A DNA stretch of 64,000 bases from Eledone cirrhosa (lineage: Eukaryota): assembly GCA_964016885.1 (NCBI GenBank), contig OZ024740.1, positions 404,426,001 to 404,490,000 of the forward strand, in the 5' to 3' direction. This document shows, in pieces, positions 30,669 to 43,724 of this stretch. Under the pieces are notes generated by a model, which made no database searches, was not told where the DNA came from, and was given only the letters and a program-made list of their open reading frames with translations. A program made the position numbers and the translations under genes. How positions within the stretch are numbered: the stretch's first letter is position 1; every line of letters starts with the position of its first letter.

Positions 30669-30778
30669 GTGTGTGTGTGTGTGTGCTTTGTTTTTATTTT
30701 TCTCATGACAGGCTGAATGAGTTGGGGCCCAGAACCCAACGAAACTACTTGAGTACCTGTTTATGTCACTGTTGTAAT

Positions 30779-30852
<74 letters not shown>

Positions 30853-31448
30853 AGAGAGAGAGAGAGAGAGAGAGAGATTTCTTTATTATAGATAGATTTA
30901 TATATGTGTGTGTATGTGTGTGTAGGCGAGATCTATGTCCCATCCATCTAACGTTGCTATGAACGTATTTCCAGCATGAATTACAAACAGAGTTGGAGTC
31001 TGCATTTAAAGGTTGTTTTAGCTACATTACTTTATTACATGATGGCACGTGGCTCAATAGGTTTGAGTGTGTTTCCTGGCAACGTGTTGTGTGCTTCGGC
31101 AAGACTTTATTTCACATTCTCCAGTTCGTGCAGCTGGCAAAAATGAGTTGTACCTAAAATCGAAAGGGCCAGTCATGCTACACACTGCAATGCTGAATCT
31201 CACAGGGAACTACATTAAGGATACAAATGCCAATGGAATGTTCAGCCACTTGTACATACAATCGTGAGCGGAGCCCCCTAACACGCGCCTTCACATCTGT
31301 TCTATGGGCCTTGGTTATGCAACTGGAAACCCCTCCAGTGTGTCTCATCCAAGATATGTAATTAACAAGTTGAGAAGTTCAATATATCTTCACATCACTT
31401 TTGACAGTATAAAGTGATTAATACTTTACATATATTTCTATTTAACAG

Positions 31449-31556
31449 ACAAGTTGTCATATACAGAAACTTGATTTGACAGATAACAATCTTAGTCGAT
31501 CTGGTGGCTTGGCTCTCTGCGAAATGATTAAAGAGAATTGTTTCATATCGGAATTG
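31449..31556 (+). CDS. LRRC74A: LRRC74A/B-like exon 3
   Basis: acag|ACA..TTG|gtaag, phase 0->0; IQKLDLTDNNLSRSGGLALCEMIKENCFISEL. Confidence 0.92.
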
Positions 31557-32162
31557 GTAAGCAATTTTAATTACTAAATGAGCGTCGGATGTAAGTCTAC
31601 GAACGAATGTGAAAGATGTTCAGAGAAAAGAGGAAAAGGCAGTTATTTTTGACTGGAGAAATTTAACATAGTTTGAGATTTAACAAGAGCTCTAAGGAGT
31701 TCTGATATGGTTCTGGTAAAAAATGTTCGTTTAACATAAGTTCGTTTCATTTTGAATGTTATTTCTATTGGAAAAGGCACGCATAACATTTTCCCATTTC
31801 TTTTATCATTTAAAACAGAGGTTCTCAAAATGTTTGTCCCCCCCCCCCCCCCTACGGCCACGTAATACCACTAGCGCTCCCACCCCTATTTCCAGAGAGA
31901 CCTACCTACACACAAATTGTAAATAATGTATGATAAATAAAATCGTTAATTTATATATCTTTATGTTAATAAAATATTATCATTATTGCTGTTGCCCCCC
32001 CCCCCCCTACGGCCACGTAATACCCCTAGCGCCCCCACCCCTATTTCCAGAGTGACCTACCTACACGCAAATTGTAAATAATGTATGATAAATAAAATCG
32101 TTAATTTATATATCTTTATGTTAATAAAATATTATCATTATTGCTGTTGTTTTTGTTATTAG

Positions 32163-32253
32163 GTATTATCTTCAAATAAACTGAATTCCTGTGTGCCAGA
32201 GTTATGCAACGCAGTGATCCAAAACGATACACTAACACATCTATCTTTATCAA
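32163..32253 (+). CDS. LRRC74A: LRRC74A/B-like exon 4
   Basis: ttag|GTA..TCAA|gtaag, phase 0->1; VLSSNKLNSCVPELCNAVIQNDTLTHLSLS. Confidence 0.88.
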
Positions 32254-32711
32254 GTAAGAATATTTACCTTTCATTTCCGTCGCATATCATGAGATTCAAA
32301 TATATCATTAAATAATTAACTTTCTCAATGGCACGCCTAATTTCAAAATTGCATTGAATTTTTTATAAGTGGGGCCCACCTTATGATGAGCCACATCCTA
32401 TGCGGCCAACTACTCGAAAAATCTTACCCATGCCTCAACTAGTACGTGACCTGTTTTATTTTATGAAAGGAATAAATAATATTCTAATTAATAGAATAAT
32501 TGTTTCTACTTTTGGCACAAGGGCAGCAATTACCCAGTGCATTACTGGTACTTTATTTTATCGACCCCGTAAGGATGAAAGGCAAAGTTAACCTCGGCGG
32601 GATTTGAACTCAGAGTGGCAAGGGCCGTAACTCTACGCGTCAAAGCATGGCGTCCGACACTCTACCGATACTGCCAATCCATCGCCCTAATATTCTAATT
32701 AGTAGAATAAT

Positions 32712-33069
32712 GAGAAAAACTCGACGCGAGGATAGCTGCCAAAATAGCAAAATGCCATCAATGACGGCGTCGGATAAAATCTTCCCTCAAAGGAGAGGGA
32801 TCAACGGCTAGAAGTGTTGATCCGCAAAGGTAGAAAATGGAGAAAATGAAAACGAACGAGAAAAAATCACACAAACATTATCTGACGTCTTCAGCTCTCG
32901 TACCGAAATATAGTTTCGCATTCTTCCTTCGCTCCTCTCACCCTATCACTTCTGCCGGACAACACACTTCTAGCCATTTATTCCTGTCCTTTCAGGTAAG
33001 ATTTTACCCAACGCCGTCATTGACGGCATTCTGTTGTTTTGGCAGCTATTCTTATATTGAGTTTTGCTC
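32712..33069. mobile_element. MITE with ~72-bp imperfect TIRs
   Basis: 32712-32783 is an imperfect reverse complement of 32998-33069. Confidence 0.7.
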
Positions 33070-34001
33070 AGTATCGGTAGAGGGTCGCATGCCATGCTTT
33101 GCAGCAAAGAGTTACAGCCCGTTATGGTCTGAGTTCAAATCCCGCCGAGGTTAACTTTGCCTTTCATCCTTACGGGGTCGATAAAATAAAGTACCAGTAA
33201 TACACTGGAATAATTGCTGGCCTTGTGCCAAAAGTAGAAACAATTATTTCTATAAATTCTAACACACTCGCGCCTCAACTCAATCATCGAGAAAACATTT
33301 TTTTAATAATATTCTATTTTAGGGAAATATGTATAGATGTATAATTAAAAATAAATAAAGAAAAGTAATACACATTGGAAATAAAATAGTCTTTTAATAA
33401 AACAAAATAATTATTACTTTACCTTTTTACATTTCTATACTGCATTAAGACTGCAAATTGGCAGAGTCTTTAGGGCCTCGGATTAAAAAAGTGATTTTGG
33501 ATTTGTTCCAAATAATTACGCTCTAAGTTCAAACCCCACTGAAGTCAACTTCGTCTTTCATCCTTTCGAGGTTGATAAAGTACCAGTCTAGTACTTGGGT
33601 CGACTCTCTCTTTTAATCTGGAAGAAATCAGCTGTGTTCCTACCTGGAGAGTGATGGGTTCCTTCATGTTTTAAAATGCCCAAGACACACCATATGTCAG
33701 GATGGTGCCTCTGTGAGAGAGAGAATCGACTCCAGTACTAGACTAGTACTTTTTATCGATCTTGAAAGAATAAAAGGCAAAGTTGACCTCGGTGAGTTTT
33801 AAAATCAAAGTGCAGAGAGCCAGATTCTCATTTAGGATATCATCTATTTATTGGGATGATCCATTCTTTATGCTTTTCTAAAGAAATGTCTATTGGAGAT
33901 ATATATCACGAAAGTTGATTTATTTTGTTGTTTTATTTAATGTATATACATAATTATTTCCATCTATAAGGTAATTAATTCAAGTTGTTTTATTTTTCTA
34001 G

Positions 34002-34051
34002 GTAACAATTTAAATGATCAAGCAGCATCTCCTCTGGCTCTGCTAATATCA
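34002..34051 (+). CDS. LRRC74A: LRRC74A/B-like exon 5
   Basis: ctag|GT..TCA|gtaag, phase 1->0; (S)NNLNDQAASPLALLIS. Confidence 0.85.
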
Positions 34052-35687
34052 GTAAGTGGTATCCTGCTTTAATTTCTCTGTATAAATGATACTTTATATC
34101 ATAAAATTATATTATGATCATTAGTTATATCTCGTCTTCTGTGTACTGAGTCTTTTAACTTTTGTAGTACCAACACGTCTGACACTGCCCCTGTTATACA
34201 ATATAAAACTATCCGATTTAAAGTATCCATACTTATATTAATATCTTACATCATAATTTTGTGCAAAAAGGTTTGTTAAATAATATTCAAAACGTTATTA
34301 ATGCAAAAATTGGTTATTTTATTAAATTCCTCAAAGCTTTTTAATTTCCTTTAAAAGTACTTGAAACACATTGGTAGTGTTTTTCATGAGAAATACCACA
34401 ACGAAAGGATTAACTCTGGACCTAGAAAAAAATGGGTCTTGCCAGGGTGAGATAACCTTAGGAAATATAATGTTCATAGAGCACCTTCAATAACCTTAAA
34501 CACTTAAAAAAGATAAACTCACTGCATCTTTGGGATGCCACTAAAAACTACTGCTACATGTAGTGTATGAAGGGCAAGTTGTCTAACTGAAAGTAATTGA
34601 CTTGGCTGAATTTTTAGTTGGCCTGAAAAGGTTTTCTGAATAGAGCAAAATTATGTAAACATTCATTTTCGTGCATATAATTTTATCAAGTCAGAAATCA
34701 TATGCTCTTTGAAAGAACTTATTCTTGAATCGAAAAGCTAGCAAACAGAAAACGAACAAGAGCATGGTAAATCTGTCGTTCACAATATAGCAAGTTCTGT
34801 GCCTCAAAGACTAACCTTATTTTTCAGCGCCAGAAAATACTTCTGTACCAAACAGCTATTGACTCCCTACAAAGATCTACTATGACACAATGAAATATTG
34901 CTTTCACATTAACAGTGGTAACTGTTGCTATACACACAGACCTTCTAGATCGTAAAAAAAAGTCAACCAACAGATTAAAAATAACTAATTCACCAGTGAT
35001 CTCGGGATTTTTCATCTCTTTGCCTATTCTACAGCTTCTGCCATGATCTCTGATCGTCAGAACTAGCTTTTGTGTACTATATCTACCCACGTCCACACGA
35101 CATACCCGTCTTTCCTTCACTTGTCAGTTATTGTTTCTTTTCCCGGGTGTCACACTAAACACTAGTTTCAATTTAGACATCCCAGAAAGTTAGCTCTCTG
35201 GAATTTCCTTCCCGAAAAGTTGACTTCCATTTACTGAAGTCAAACAGCAATTGTATAAATCTGACCAATCACTGATGGAGTGCGAAATGTCATAAATACA
35301 GTCCTCGTGTTCCTTACTAAAGCATTTAAAAAGTAATAATAGTCCACCTGTCTGTTGTCTAGAATATGTTAATAAAAATAACTTTCCTTTCGATGTGATT
35401 AAGATACTTCGCTCTTTTCACCTGTTTTTGGCTCTATTCCCTATGTCTGATTCCGTGAGGCCTGTGCGTGATTCTTCCAGAAGCCTTATACAATGTACAA
35501 CACTTCTCATTTTGTAGTCGTTATGTAGGCGTGTTAGGCAAATCATACAAACCTTTCTACATATATTTCTATGGAAAAGTTAAGATTTACAGATAGTAGA
35601 CCGTATGGCTCAACCTAATTCCTGCCTATATAGAGTGACAGCGGGCAAAGGAATAGGGAAATAAGAATGTAACTTTTTCACACACAG

Positions 35688-35774
<87 letters not shown>

Positions 35775-35968
35775 ATATGATATGATATAGAAATCAACGA
35801 AATTGATGTATTCATGTGAGTTATATATAACACTCCTAGAATTACCTTCATTGAACCCACGGTTGGTCACCACGGAAACACTATAAGTGATCCACTTGTT
35901 GAGTCAAAAACCACTGCATGTTGACAGTCTTCGATTTCCCTTAATGAAGTTCGATGACTACTATAATT

Positions 35969-36077
<109 letters not shown>

Positions 36078-36097
36078 TGCGTGTGTGTGTGTGTGTG

Positions 36098-36135
<38 letters not shown>

Positions 36136-36241
36136 AGATCCTATGACAAGAATATATGAAATAAACTGAGTAAATTCAATAAGCAATATTTAAGGAAATT
36201 CCTAAAGTGAAATTGAAGAACTGTCTTTTGTTATGTTGTAG

Positions 36242-36409
36242 AATGCTAGAAAGCTAGAATATTTGAATGTTAGCCATAACAATTTGGAAAACAAATCTGG
36301 GAAAATAATTGGGCCGGCGCTTTCTGAGAGCAGTTCTCTTAAACATCTTGATATGAGTTGGAATAATATTAGATCAACCGGCCTGGAAGCGCTAGGAACT
36401 GGTTTAAAG
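36242..36409 (+). CDS. LRRC74A: LRRC74A/B-like exon 6
   Basis: gtag|AAT..AAG|gtaag, 168 nt = two 28-aa LRRs; LEYLNVSHNNL..LKHLDMSWNNI. Confidence 0.93.
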
Positions 36410-37118
36410 GTAAGTAAAATTTTGTTAGAGATATAAATTATCCTTTTATAAATTAACTAAGTAATAGTGATCATATGGAGGTAAAGAAAGGTTATTGAGA
36501 GATGTATGTAACATTTTTAGTGGATTGTAAAAGTCACATAAGATTTAGATTCAGCACTTTACACTAACGAAATACTCGTCATTTATACAGGGCGTTTGCT
36601 ATTCACAACAGATTTATTTACTTCTTTAGTGTATCTATTTAGATCTAAGCTGATAGTTATTTGAAATTCAAGTGTCTTTACTATAGATATAATCGAATGC
36701 TGGTGACAAAAATTAAACTATAGTTCAACAACCAATCAACCCAACTAGTTGTGTCTACGTATTGGCAAGACATAAAGATTAATATCGATTTTCTACATAG
36801 GCAGAAGGCCACAAGTTCAGGCGATTATATTGACGCCTCTACTTGACTGCTACTTCATTGTATCAATCCCAGAAGGATGAAAAGTAAAGTTGATCTCGGT
36901 ATAATTGAAACTCCGAACATCAATTCCACTAAAGTTTTGTTTCCTTTTAAATACCAGTCAAATAATGGAGTAGACTTTCTCCACCCCCAAAGGTTCTTTT
37001 CTTTTTTATTTTTTACTATCAATTGATTTAGTCGCTGTTGGATTTTATTAACTGATTCGCGTAGTGACAGAGACGGATTGGCAACAATCATGAGGTAATC
37101 GGCCAAAATACCTAACGC

Positions 37119-38030
37119 CAGTGGCGGACTGGGCCTAAAATTATTGGTTGCCAGATGATGGGGGTCCATCTACATATAGAATGCTATCATTTAATTTTTA
37201 TAATGAATAAATAACATTTTCTAAAAATACATAAGTGGAAACAAAACAGTGCAATCAAATTTTTGCGAAAAAATATCTTACCTTCTCCAATAAAAAATAT
37301 TATGTATTTTGCGAAATCCAGAGACTTTCAATAATGACTAGAAGCTAACCCTAAATATTACTAATAGCTCTAGGAAAGCCATGAACGACACCACATCGTT
37401 TTAACTTTGATTTTGAAAGTAGGTTTATAATTATCAGTTTTCATTATACTTTTGTAGCAGTCTCGGTGGCCTAGTTGGCGGAATCATAGACAGTGGTAAT
37501 CCTGGTCTGCAGTTCGATCCTGGTCGGGAGTAGGGTTACCGGTAAACCTTTTCAGTTTTTTTTTTCTTTGTTGTAAAATAAAAACTGAAAAAGGTTATAT
37601 GTACCTCTTGACCAGGATTGAACCCAAGGTGAGGATCTCCACCGTCTCTAGTACCTACCGCTAGGCAACATAGACAACTATAAAAATCTTATGAAAATTC
37701 ATACTTATAAACCTACTTTCAAAATTTTCAAAACAAAGTGTTGTGGTGTCATTCATGTCTTAATGTTATTGCTCCTACTTAAGGTCCATTTCTAGTAATT
37801 CCCTGGGGAATTGGTTGACCAAATGCTTTGTTTAATTGTTTTGTTTTTTGTTTTTTTTTTAAATGTATTCTTTCTCTTAGATTTCAGGTATTTTCTGAAA
37901 GCAAAGCATTGGCCCCTAATATACTACAGTGGGCCCTGCAATGCTACTGTGGGCTCTTGCAATGCTACCGTGGGCCTCATGGAGCCCACTTGCCATTGGG
38001 CAACCTGGCAACCTGGCCAGTCCACCACTG
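37119..38030. mobile_element. Non-autonomous hAT-like DNA transposon inserted into a SINE
   Basis: TIRs CAGTGGCGGACTGG / CCAGTCCACCACTG; 8-bp TSD CCTAACGC / CCTAACGG; flanks rejoin into a SINE. Confidence 0.8.
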
Positions 38031-38934
38031 CCTAACGGTATTTAGTCCGGATTTTTTACCTTGTGAGTTCAAATCCCGCTGAGGTCAACTTAGCCTTTCA
38101 TACTTCCAGGTTTGATAAAATACAGAACCATTTGTGTACTGTGGTCAATTTAATCGACTTTCCCTCTTCCCAAATTGCTGACCTTGTACTTATAGTAGAA
38201 ATCATTATTGTTTTTTTTTACTAAAAAGCAGTGAATTGGCAGAATCGTTAGAGCGTCGGACAAATTACTTTGCGGTATTTGTTACGGCTCTTTACGTTCA
38301 GTGTTCAAATCCTGCCGAGGTCAACTTCGCCTTTCATACTTTCAGTTTTGATAAAATAAAATGCACTAGTGGTCAAGTTGATCAACTAACTTCTTCCCCC
38401 AAGTGCATGTCCTTTTATTTATATTATAAACAATTATTATAATTGAAGACGGATTAATTAACGGCCGAAATAAAGTAAATATGTTTATATAATTCTATTT
38501 CTTTTTTAATTCTGAATTATGGAAAGTCAACCAGGGGCCACACCTCACCACCTTGCTTATATACTTTCCCATATACCAGAGAGTACACTGAGTGCATTAC
38601 TTTATCGCAGAACTAGCACTAGGGAGGTTGTCATGTCCTTGATACGACTGCAGAATCTTTTCGAGCGAGCCTCTATTTGGGGCATTTTCTACTGTTGGAT
38701 ACCTTGCCTATCATCAACCCCTTTATAGAGTGTAGTGAGTGTGTTTTATTATGTCACAGACACCAGAGAGGTTGTTGTGCCCTTGATTTCTACAGCTGAC
38801 GAGTCCTTTCATCCCTTTTTGCGGGATTTCTACAACTGAATACCCTTCCTATCACCAACCACCTTACATGGCGTGCTGTGTAGATTATTTCGTTGCACCA
38901 GCATTAGAGAGGTTCTCGTGTCCTCGCCACCATT

Positions 38935-39300
38935 TTATGGCATGGTTTCTAAGGCTGAAAGCTATTCCTAACCGCTCGTCTGGGATGCCACTTGCACCGA
39001 CACTTTCTCCAGCCGCAACCTGGTGCAGTCTACGACTAGCCCAGGTTCTGATGCACGTCGGGCTGAAGAGGCCAAACTCTTCAAATACCGGTCGCTCTCC
39101 GCCAGGTTTGCGGTTGTACCCTTGACAGTGCAAACTTCTGGTGTCCTCGGCCCTAGGGCTACCTCCCTACTCACCACCATAGGCGCTGAGCTGGCCAGCC
39201 GCAGGTGTGAGCCTCGCGAGCTGGAATGGCTTTTCAAGCACGTCTCCCTTGCCGTCCTCCATTCTGTCCGCCGGGGGTGTGGAGAGGCCATCAAATGTTC
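38935..39300 (+). mobile_element. CRE-like non-LTR retrotransposon 3' fragment (RLE domain)
   Basis: LVWDATCTDTF..AEEAKLFKYRSL..VPLTVQTSGVLGP..WLFKHVSLAV. Confidence 0.7.
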
Positions 39301-39871
39301 TAATGATTCTATATATATGTATACGTTCATATATATATATATATATATATATACCACACTAATTATATTACCGGTGCAACTATTTCAGTTTACCCTTGTA
39401 AAAACTCACTCCTGTCCTTTTTACCTTATTGGTGAATAAACAGATCATTGTGAAAATTTTCAGTATTAAAGTAATGAAACACTCCACAGGGTGATTGACT
39501 AAGTGGTTGACAAATTATCTCCTGAAGATTAAATAGTACAGTTAAAATAACAGAAGCCATTTATGATATTCAATTTGAAAAGATGGAATGACAGACGCTC
39601 TGTAACAATGTTGTGTAATTCGTAATGTGGTTGCCCAGCAAGTGTTAGATACGTACTTAGTCTCGTCACTGGAATTATCTTGTCTGTCTTAAATTACTTC
39701 TTATAATGTCTAATATCATCTTTCAAACTACTTATGTATCACTTGGATAAACACATCTCGTACATTGTTTAGATACTGTCAAGTATGGAACCCAGCCTAT
39801 CTCTAGCTCTCTGTTCTAATATATTGCTAGGATATATTGTTTATCATTGGCTGTCTTGTTTATCAGATACA

Positions 39872-40136
39872 TTAACTCTTTTGTTACCAACTCGCATTAA
39901 ACTGCCGCCACTCGATTCTGTGATACAAAGATTTTTATTTCAGTGTTTATATTGATCTAAAAACCTTCCATCATAATTTTATGTAAGAACCTTTGTCAAG
40001 TTATACTCCAAAGACCAGCTAAATCATGAGAAAGTTAGTTATATTAGTAAATCCTTCCAAATTATTGATTATTTTCAAAATATTTGAAAATCGAAGATAA
40101 TGTTTCTCATTGGAAATATGGTAACAAAAGGTTTAA
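39872..40136. mobile_element. TTAA-flanked MITE (piggyBac-like); degenerate relatives at ~22500-22685, 26093-26515, 34155-34413
   Basis: TTAA CTCTTTTGTTACCA ... TGGTAACAAAAGGT TTAA. Confidence 0.6.
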
Positions 40137-40370
40137 GTTTTGTAACCCTTTTCAATTTAGGATTGATGTGAAAGTATCTTTCCCTCCTTTATAACAGATG
40201 TCACATCCAAACACACACACACACATACACTTATGTATTTAAATACAAGTATACATGTATAATTGTATTTATCTCCTTACTTTAAATTCCTCGTAGCAAC
40301 GTAAGATCTGCAAGCCAAATGTATTTTATTTCATGCCACAGGAAAAAAGCTACTTATTAGAAAACTTATA

Positions 40371-42225
40371 GTTTCTAATTTAGGCACAAAGCAAAAAATT
40401 TCGATAAAAATCTGCCCCGGTACTTGACAAGTATTTTATTTTATCGACCTCAGAAGGATGAAAGGCAAAGTTGATTTCGGTGGGATTTGAACTCTAATGA
40501 TATACACAGCGGAAACACTTGCCGCAAAGTATTTTGACCAACGCTTTATCGACTCTGCCAATCCTCCTTAGAAAGTTAACAGTTATTTCTAACACAGTAA
40601 TAAGTCCAGTAATTTTGTTTTGGTGTGGATGGCAATAGCGATTAAATCGACACCAATACTTTACTGATACTTTATTTTATCGATCCCAGAAGGATAAAAG
40701 ACAAAGTTGAACTCGGCGGAATTTGAACTTAGAGAAGACCGTAGCTAAAGGTTACAAAACATTTTGTCCGACGCTCTACCGATACTGCTAATCCACCTCG
40801 TTAATAATGGTTTCTGATTTAGGCACAAGGCCAGCAATTTTGGGGGAGGGGAAAGTCGATTAAATCGACCCCAGTGCGTGACTGGTACTTTAATTCATCG
40901 ACCCCATAAGGATGAAAGGCAAAGTTAACCTCGGCGGGATTTGAACTCAGATCATAAAGGGCCGTAACTCTATACTGCAAAGCATGGCGTCCAACCCTCA
41001 ACCGATACTGCCAATCCACCGCCCTAATCCACGTCCTTAATAATGGTTTCTGATTTTTAGGCACTAGGCCAACAATTTTGGTTGATGGGAGAGCCGATTA
41101 AATCGGACTGGTACGTTACTGGTACTTTATTTTATCGACCTCATAAGGATGAAAGGCAAAGCTAACCTCGGTGGGATTTGATCTCAGAATGTAAAGGGTT
41201 GTAACTCTATGCCTCAAAGCATGATGTCCGACGCTCTAACGATACTGCCAATCCACCGCCCTAATAATAATGGTTTCTTATATAGGCACAAAGCCAGCAA
41301 TTTTGGGGGAGGGGAAAGTCAATTAAATCGACCCCAGTACATTACTGGTGCTTTATTTTATCGACCCCGTAAGGATGAAAGGCAAAGTTAACCTCGACGG
41401 AATTTGAACTCAGACCGTAAAGGACCGTAACTCTATGCGTCAAAGCATGGTGTCCGACCCTCTACCGATACTGCTAATCACCATGAATTCTAATTTTATT
41501 ACAGAGTGGCGAATTTTAGAGTCGATGAAATTGACACCTTTAGTTGATTGATAGTTATCTATGTTTGCACAATGTAAAGCAAAAGTTAAATACAGCAGAA
41601 TTTGCACTCAAAGCCTAAACCAACGTGACAAAACACTACAAGGTGTCCAGCGCCATTTCTGTCAATCGCTGCCATAATAACGGTTTCTAATTTTGCCCCA
41701 AGACCAGCAATTTTGGCGAGTGGTGGCGGGGGCATGAGTTCAACCGAACCCAATATTTCATTTCTACTTTATTTTATAGACCTAGAATGAAAGCAAAGCT
41801 GACCTCGGCTGGATTTGAACTCAGAACATAGAAGCTCGTAACTAAATTCTGCAAAGCATTTTATCCAACCATTCTACTGATACTGCCAATCAACCGCTAA
41901 ATTAATATTTCTAATTCTGGCACAAGACTAGCAGTTTTGAGGGGAGATTAAGTTTACACCAGTATTTTACTGGTACTTTATTCTATCGACCCCTGGAAGA
42001 ATGAAAGGCAAAGTAGACCTCGACCATAATAATAATTGTTTCTACTTTTGGCACAAGGACAGCAATTATCCCAATACATTACTGGTACTTTATTTTATCG
42101 ACCCTGTAAAGATGAAAGGCAAAGTTAACCTCGGCGGGATTTGAACTCAGAACGTAAAGGGCCGTAACTCTATGCTGCAGAGCATAGCGTCCGACACTCT
42201 ACCGATACTGCCAATCCATCGCCCT
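40371..42225 (-). mobile_element. Head-to-tail cluster of about nine SINE copies
   Basis: GATGAAAGGCAAAGTT.ACCTCGG..GGATTTGAACTC recurs about every 200-230 bp, all in the same orientation. Confidence 0.9.
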
Positions 42226-42306
42226 CGACCATAATAATAATAATATTAATAAAAAATATTAGAAGGTTGTGCTGGAAAACACTTGGAGGAGTGAACATAA
42301 AAAAGG

Positions 42307-42337
<31 letters not shown>

Positions 42338-42467
42338 GGTGATAATGATGATGGTGATATAGATGATGATGATGATGATGGTGATAGTGATGATGATGGT
42401 GGTGATAGTGATGATGATGATGGTGATAGGGATATTGTTAATTAATTATACGAAACCTTCATTACAG

Positions 42468-42583
42468 AATAATGATACATTGAAACACTTTGACGTCTCT
42501 TGGAACGGTATTGAGGATGGTGCTGCTAAAACAATTGGTGAAGCACTGAAATCTAATTCTACATTGGAACATTTAGACATCAG
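42468..42583 (+). CDS. LRRC74A: LRRC74A/B-like exon 7
   Basis: acag|AAT..ATCAG|gtaat, phase 0->2; NDTLKHFDVSWNGIEDGAAKTIGEALKSNSTLEHLDI. Confidence 0.93.
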
Positions 42584-43174
42584 GTAATCTCTCTCGTTCT
42601 CTTCTCATTTTCTCCCTCAATGTCTCTCTCGTTATATATATAGCGTGGAGATAGACGTTAAACGATGATGATGATGATGATGATGAAGTAACGAAGATCG
42701 GTGGTATAAATTCAGCGTCCTTCTCACACACAAACACATCACACATATATGTGTGTAAATATGTATATACACATGTAGATATGTATGTATATGCGTATAT
42801 ACATGGGTGCATGTGTATGTATATGCGCGGGGACATAGAAATAGTCAGGCTGGACACCCGATCGCGCGGTTAAACTACTGGGAGTGAAGGACCCTAGCCC
42901 TTGTCAGGGCATTCTTCTAGGAGAAGGCATCTCAGGAAACTGGGTTAACTCCGACATAAAACCTGCGGCTCAGTAGTTACCGATGATGTTGATCTTTTCT
43001 TCTTATCGGGTTATAGCTAATGTCGCTCAGAGAGTGGGATTGGCTCAGTGCACAGTCTTTCCTCACTTTAAAAAATATCTTCACGCACAGGCATTGCACG
43101 ATAGAATTAATTAATAATTATTAATAATGGTATATCGTGCAATGGTCATACTCGATAACGAGAGGACAGCTATC

Positions 43175-43238
<64 letters not shown>

Positions 43239-43341
43239 GGAGTGTAACGTGCAGTTACTATAGGTTCACCTGAATGAGCACTCAATGCGTAGTTTCCATT
43301 CTGTAATGAGGTGTAGAACTAAGCAGAGTGTAAATATAATA

Positions 43342-43613
43342 ATAAAAGGACGATTTGTTATGCCTTCATTACGTTTATTGAGCAGTGACGTGCGTTTCGC
43401 TATTGATCATCTCAAGGTTCGATGTGTATCGATCTGACTCTGGAATCAAAAGCTCGTCGGACCTCTGCTGTCATTACCACAGCAAAGGTCCGACGAGCTT
43501 TTGATTCCAGAGTCGGGCCAGATCGATACACATCGAACCTTGAGATGATCAATAGCGAAACGCACGTCACTACTCAATAAACGTAATGAAAGCATAACAA
43601 ATCGTCCTTTTAT
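43342..43613. repeat. ~270-bp near-perfect inverted repeat with a hammerhead-like motif in each arm
   Basis: Arms 43342-43471 / 43479-43613, 7-nt loop, 3 mismatches and one 5-nt indel. Confidence 0.9.
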
Positions 43614-43683
43614 AAAGTACTAGTAATGTTCTGGGTAATTGCTGGCCTTGTGCCAAAAGTAGAAACAATTGTTATTATTATTA

Positions 43684-43722
<39 letters not shown>

Positions 43723-43724
<2 letters not shown>

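Noticed and set aside
34700-35330. Unique-looking region with a 98-aa minus ORF
   Set aside because: No convincing splice context; plus strand has faint LINE 3' end traces (LWNFLP), too decayed to call
37460-37530. Functional tRNA gene
   Set aside because: A and B boxes are present but no clean cloverleaf or anticodon arm
42305-42467. Poly-Met N-terminus of ORF 42363-42587
   Set aside because: Intronic (GAT/GGT)n; the exon starts at 42468
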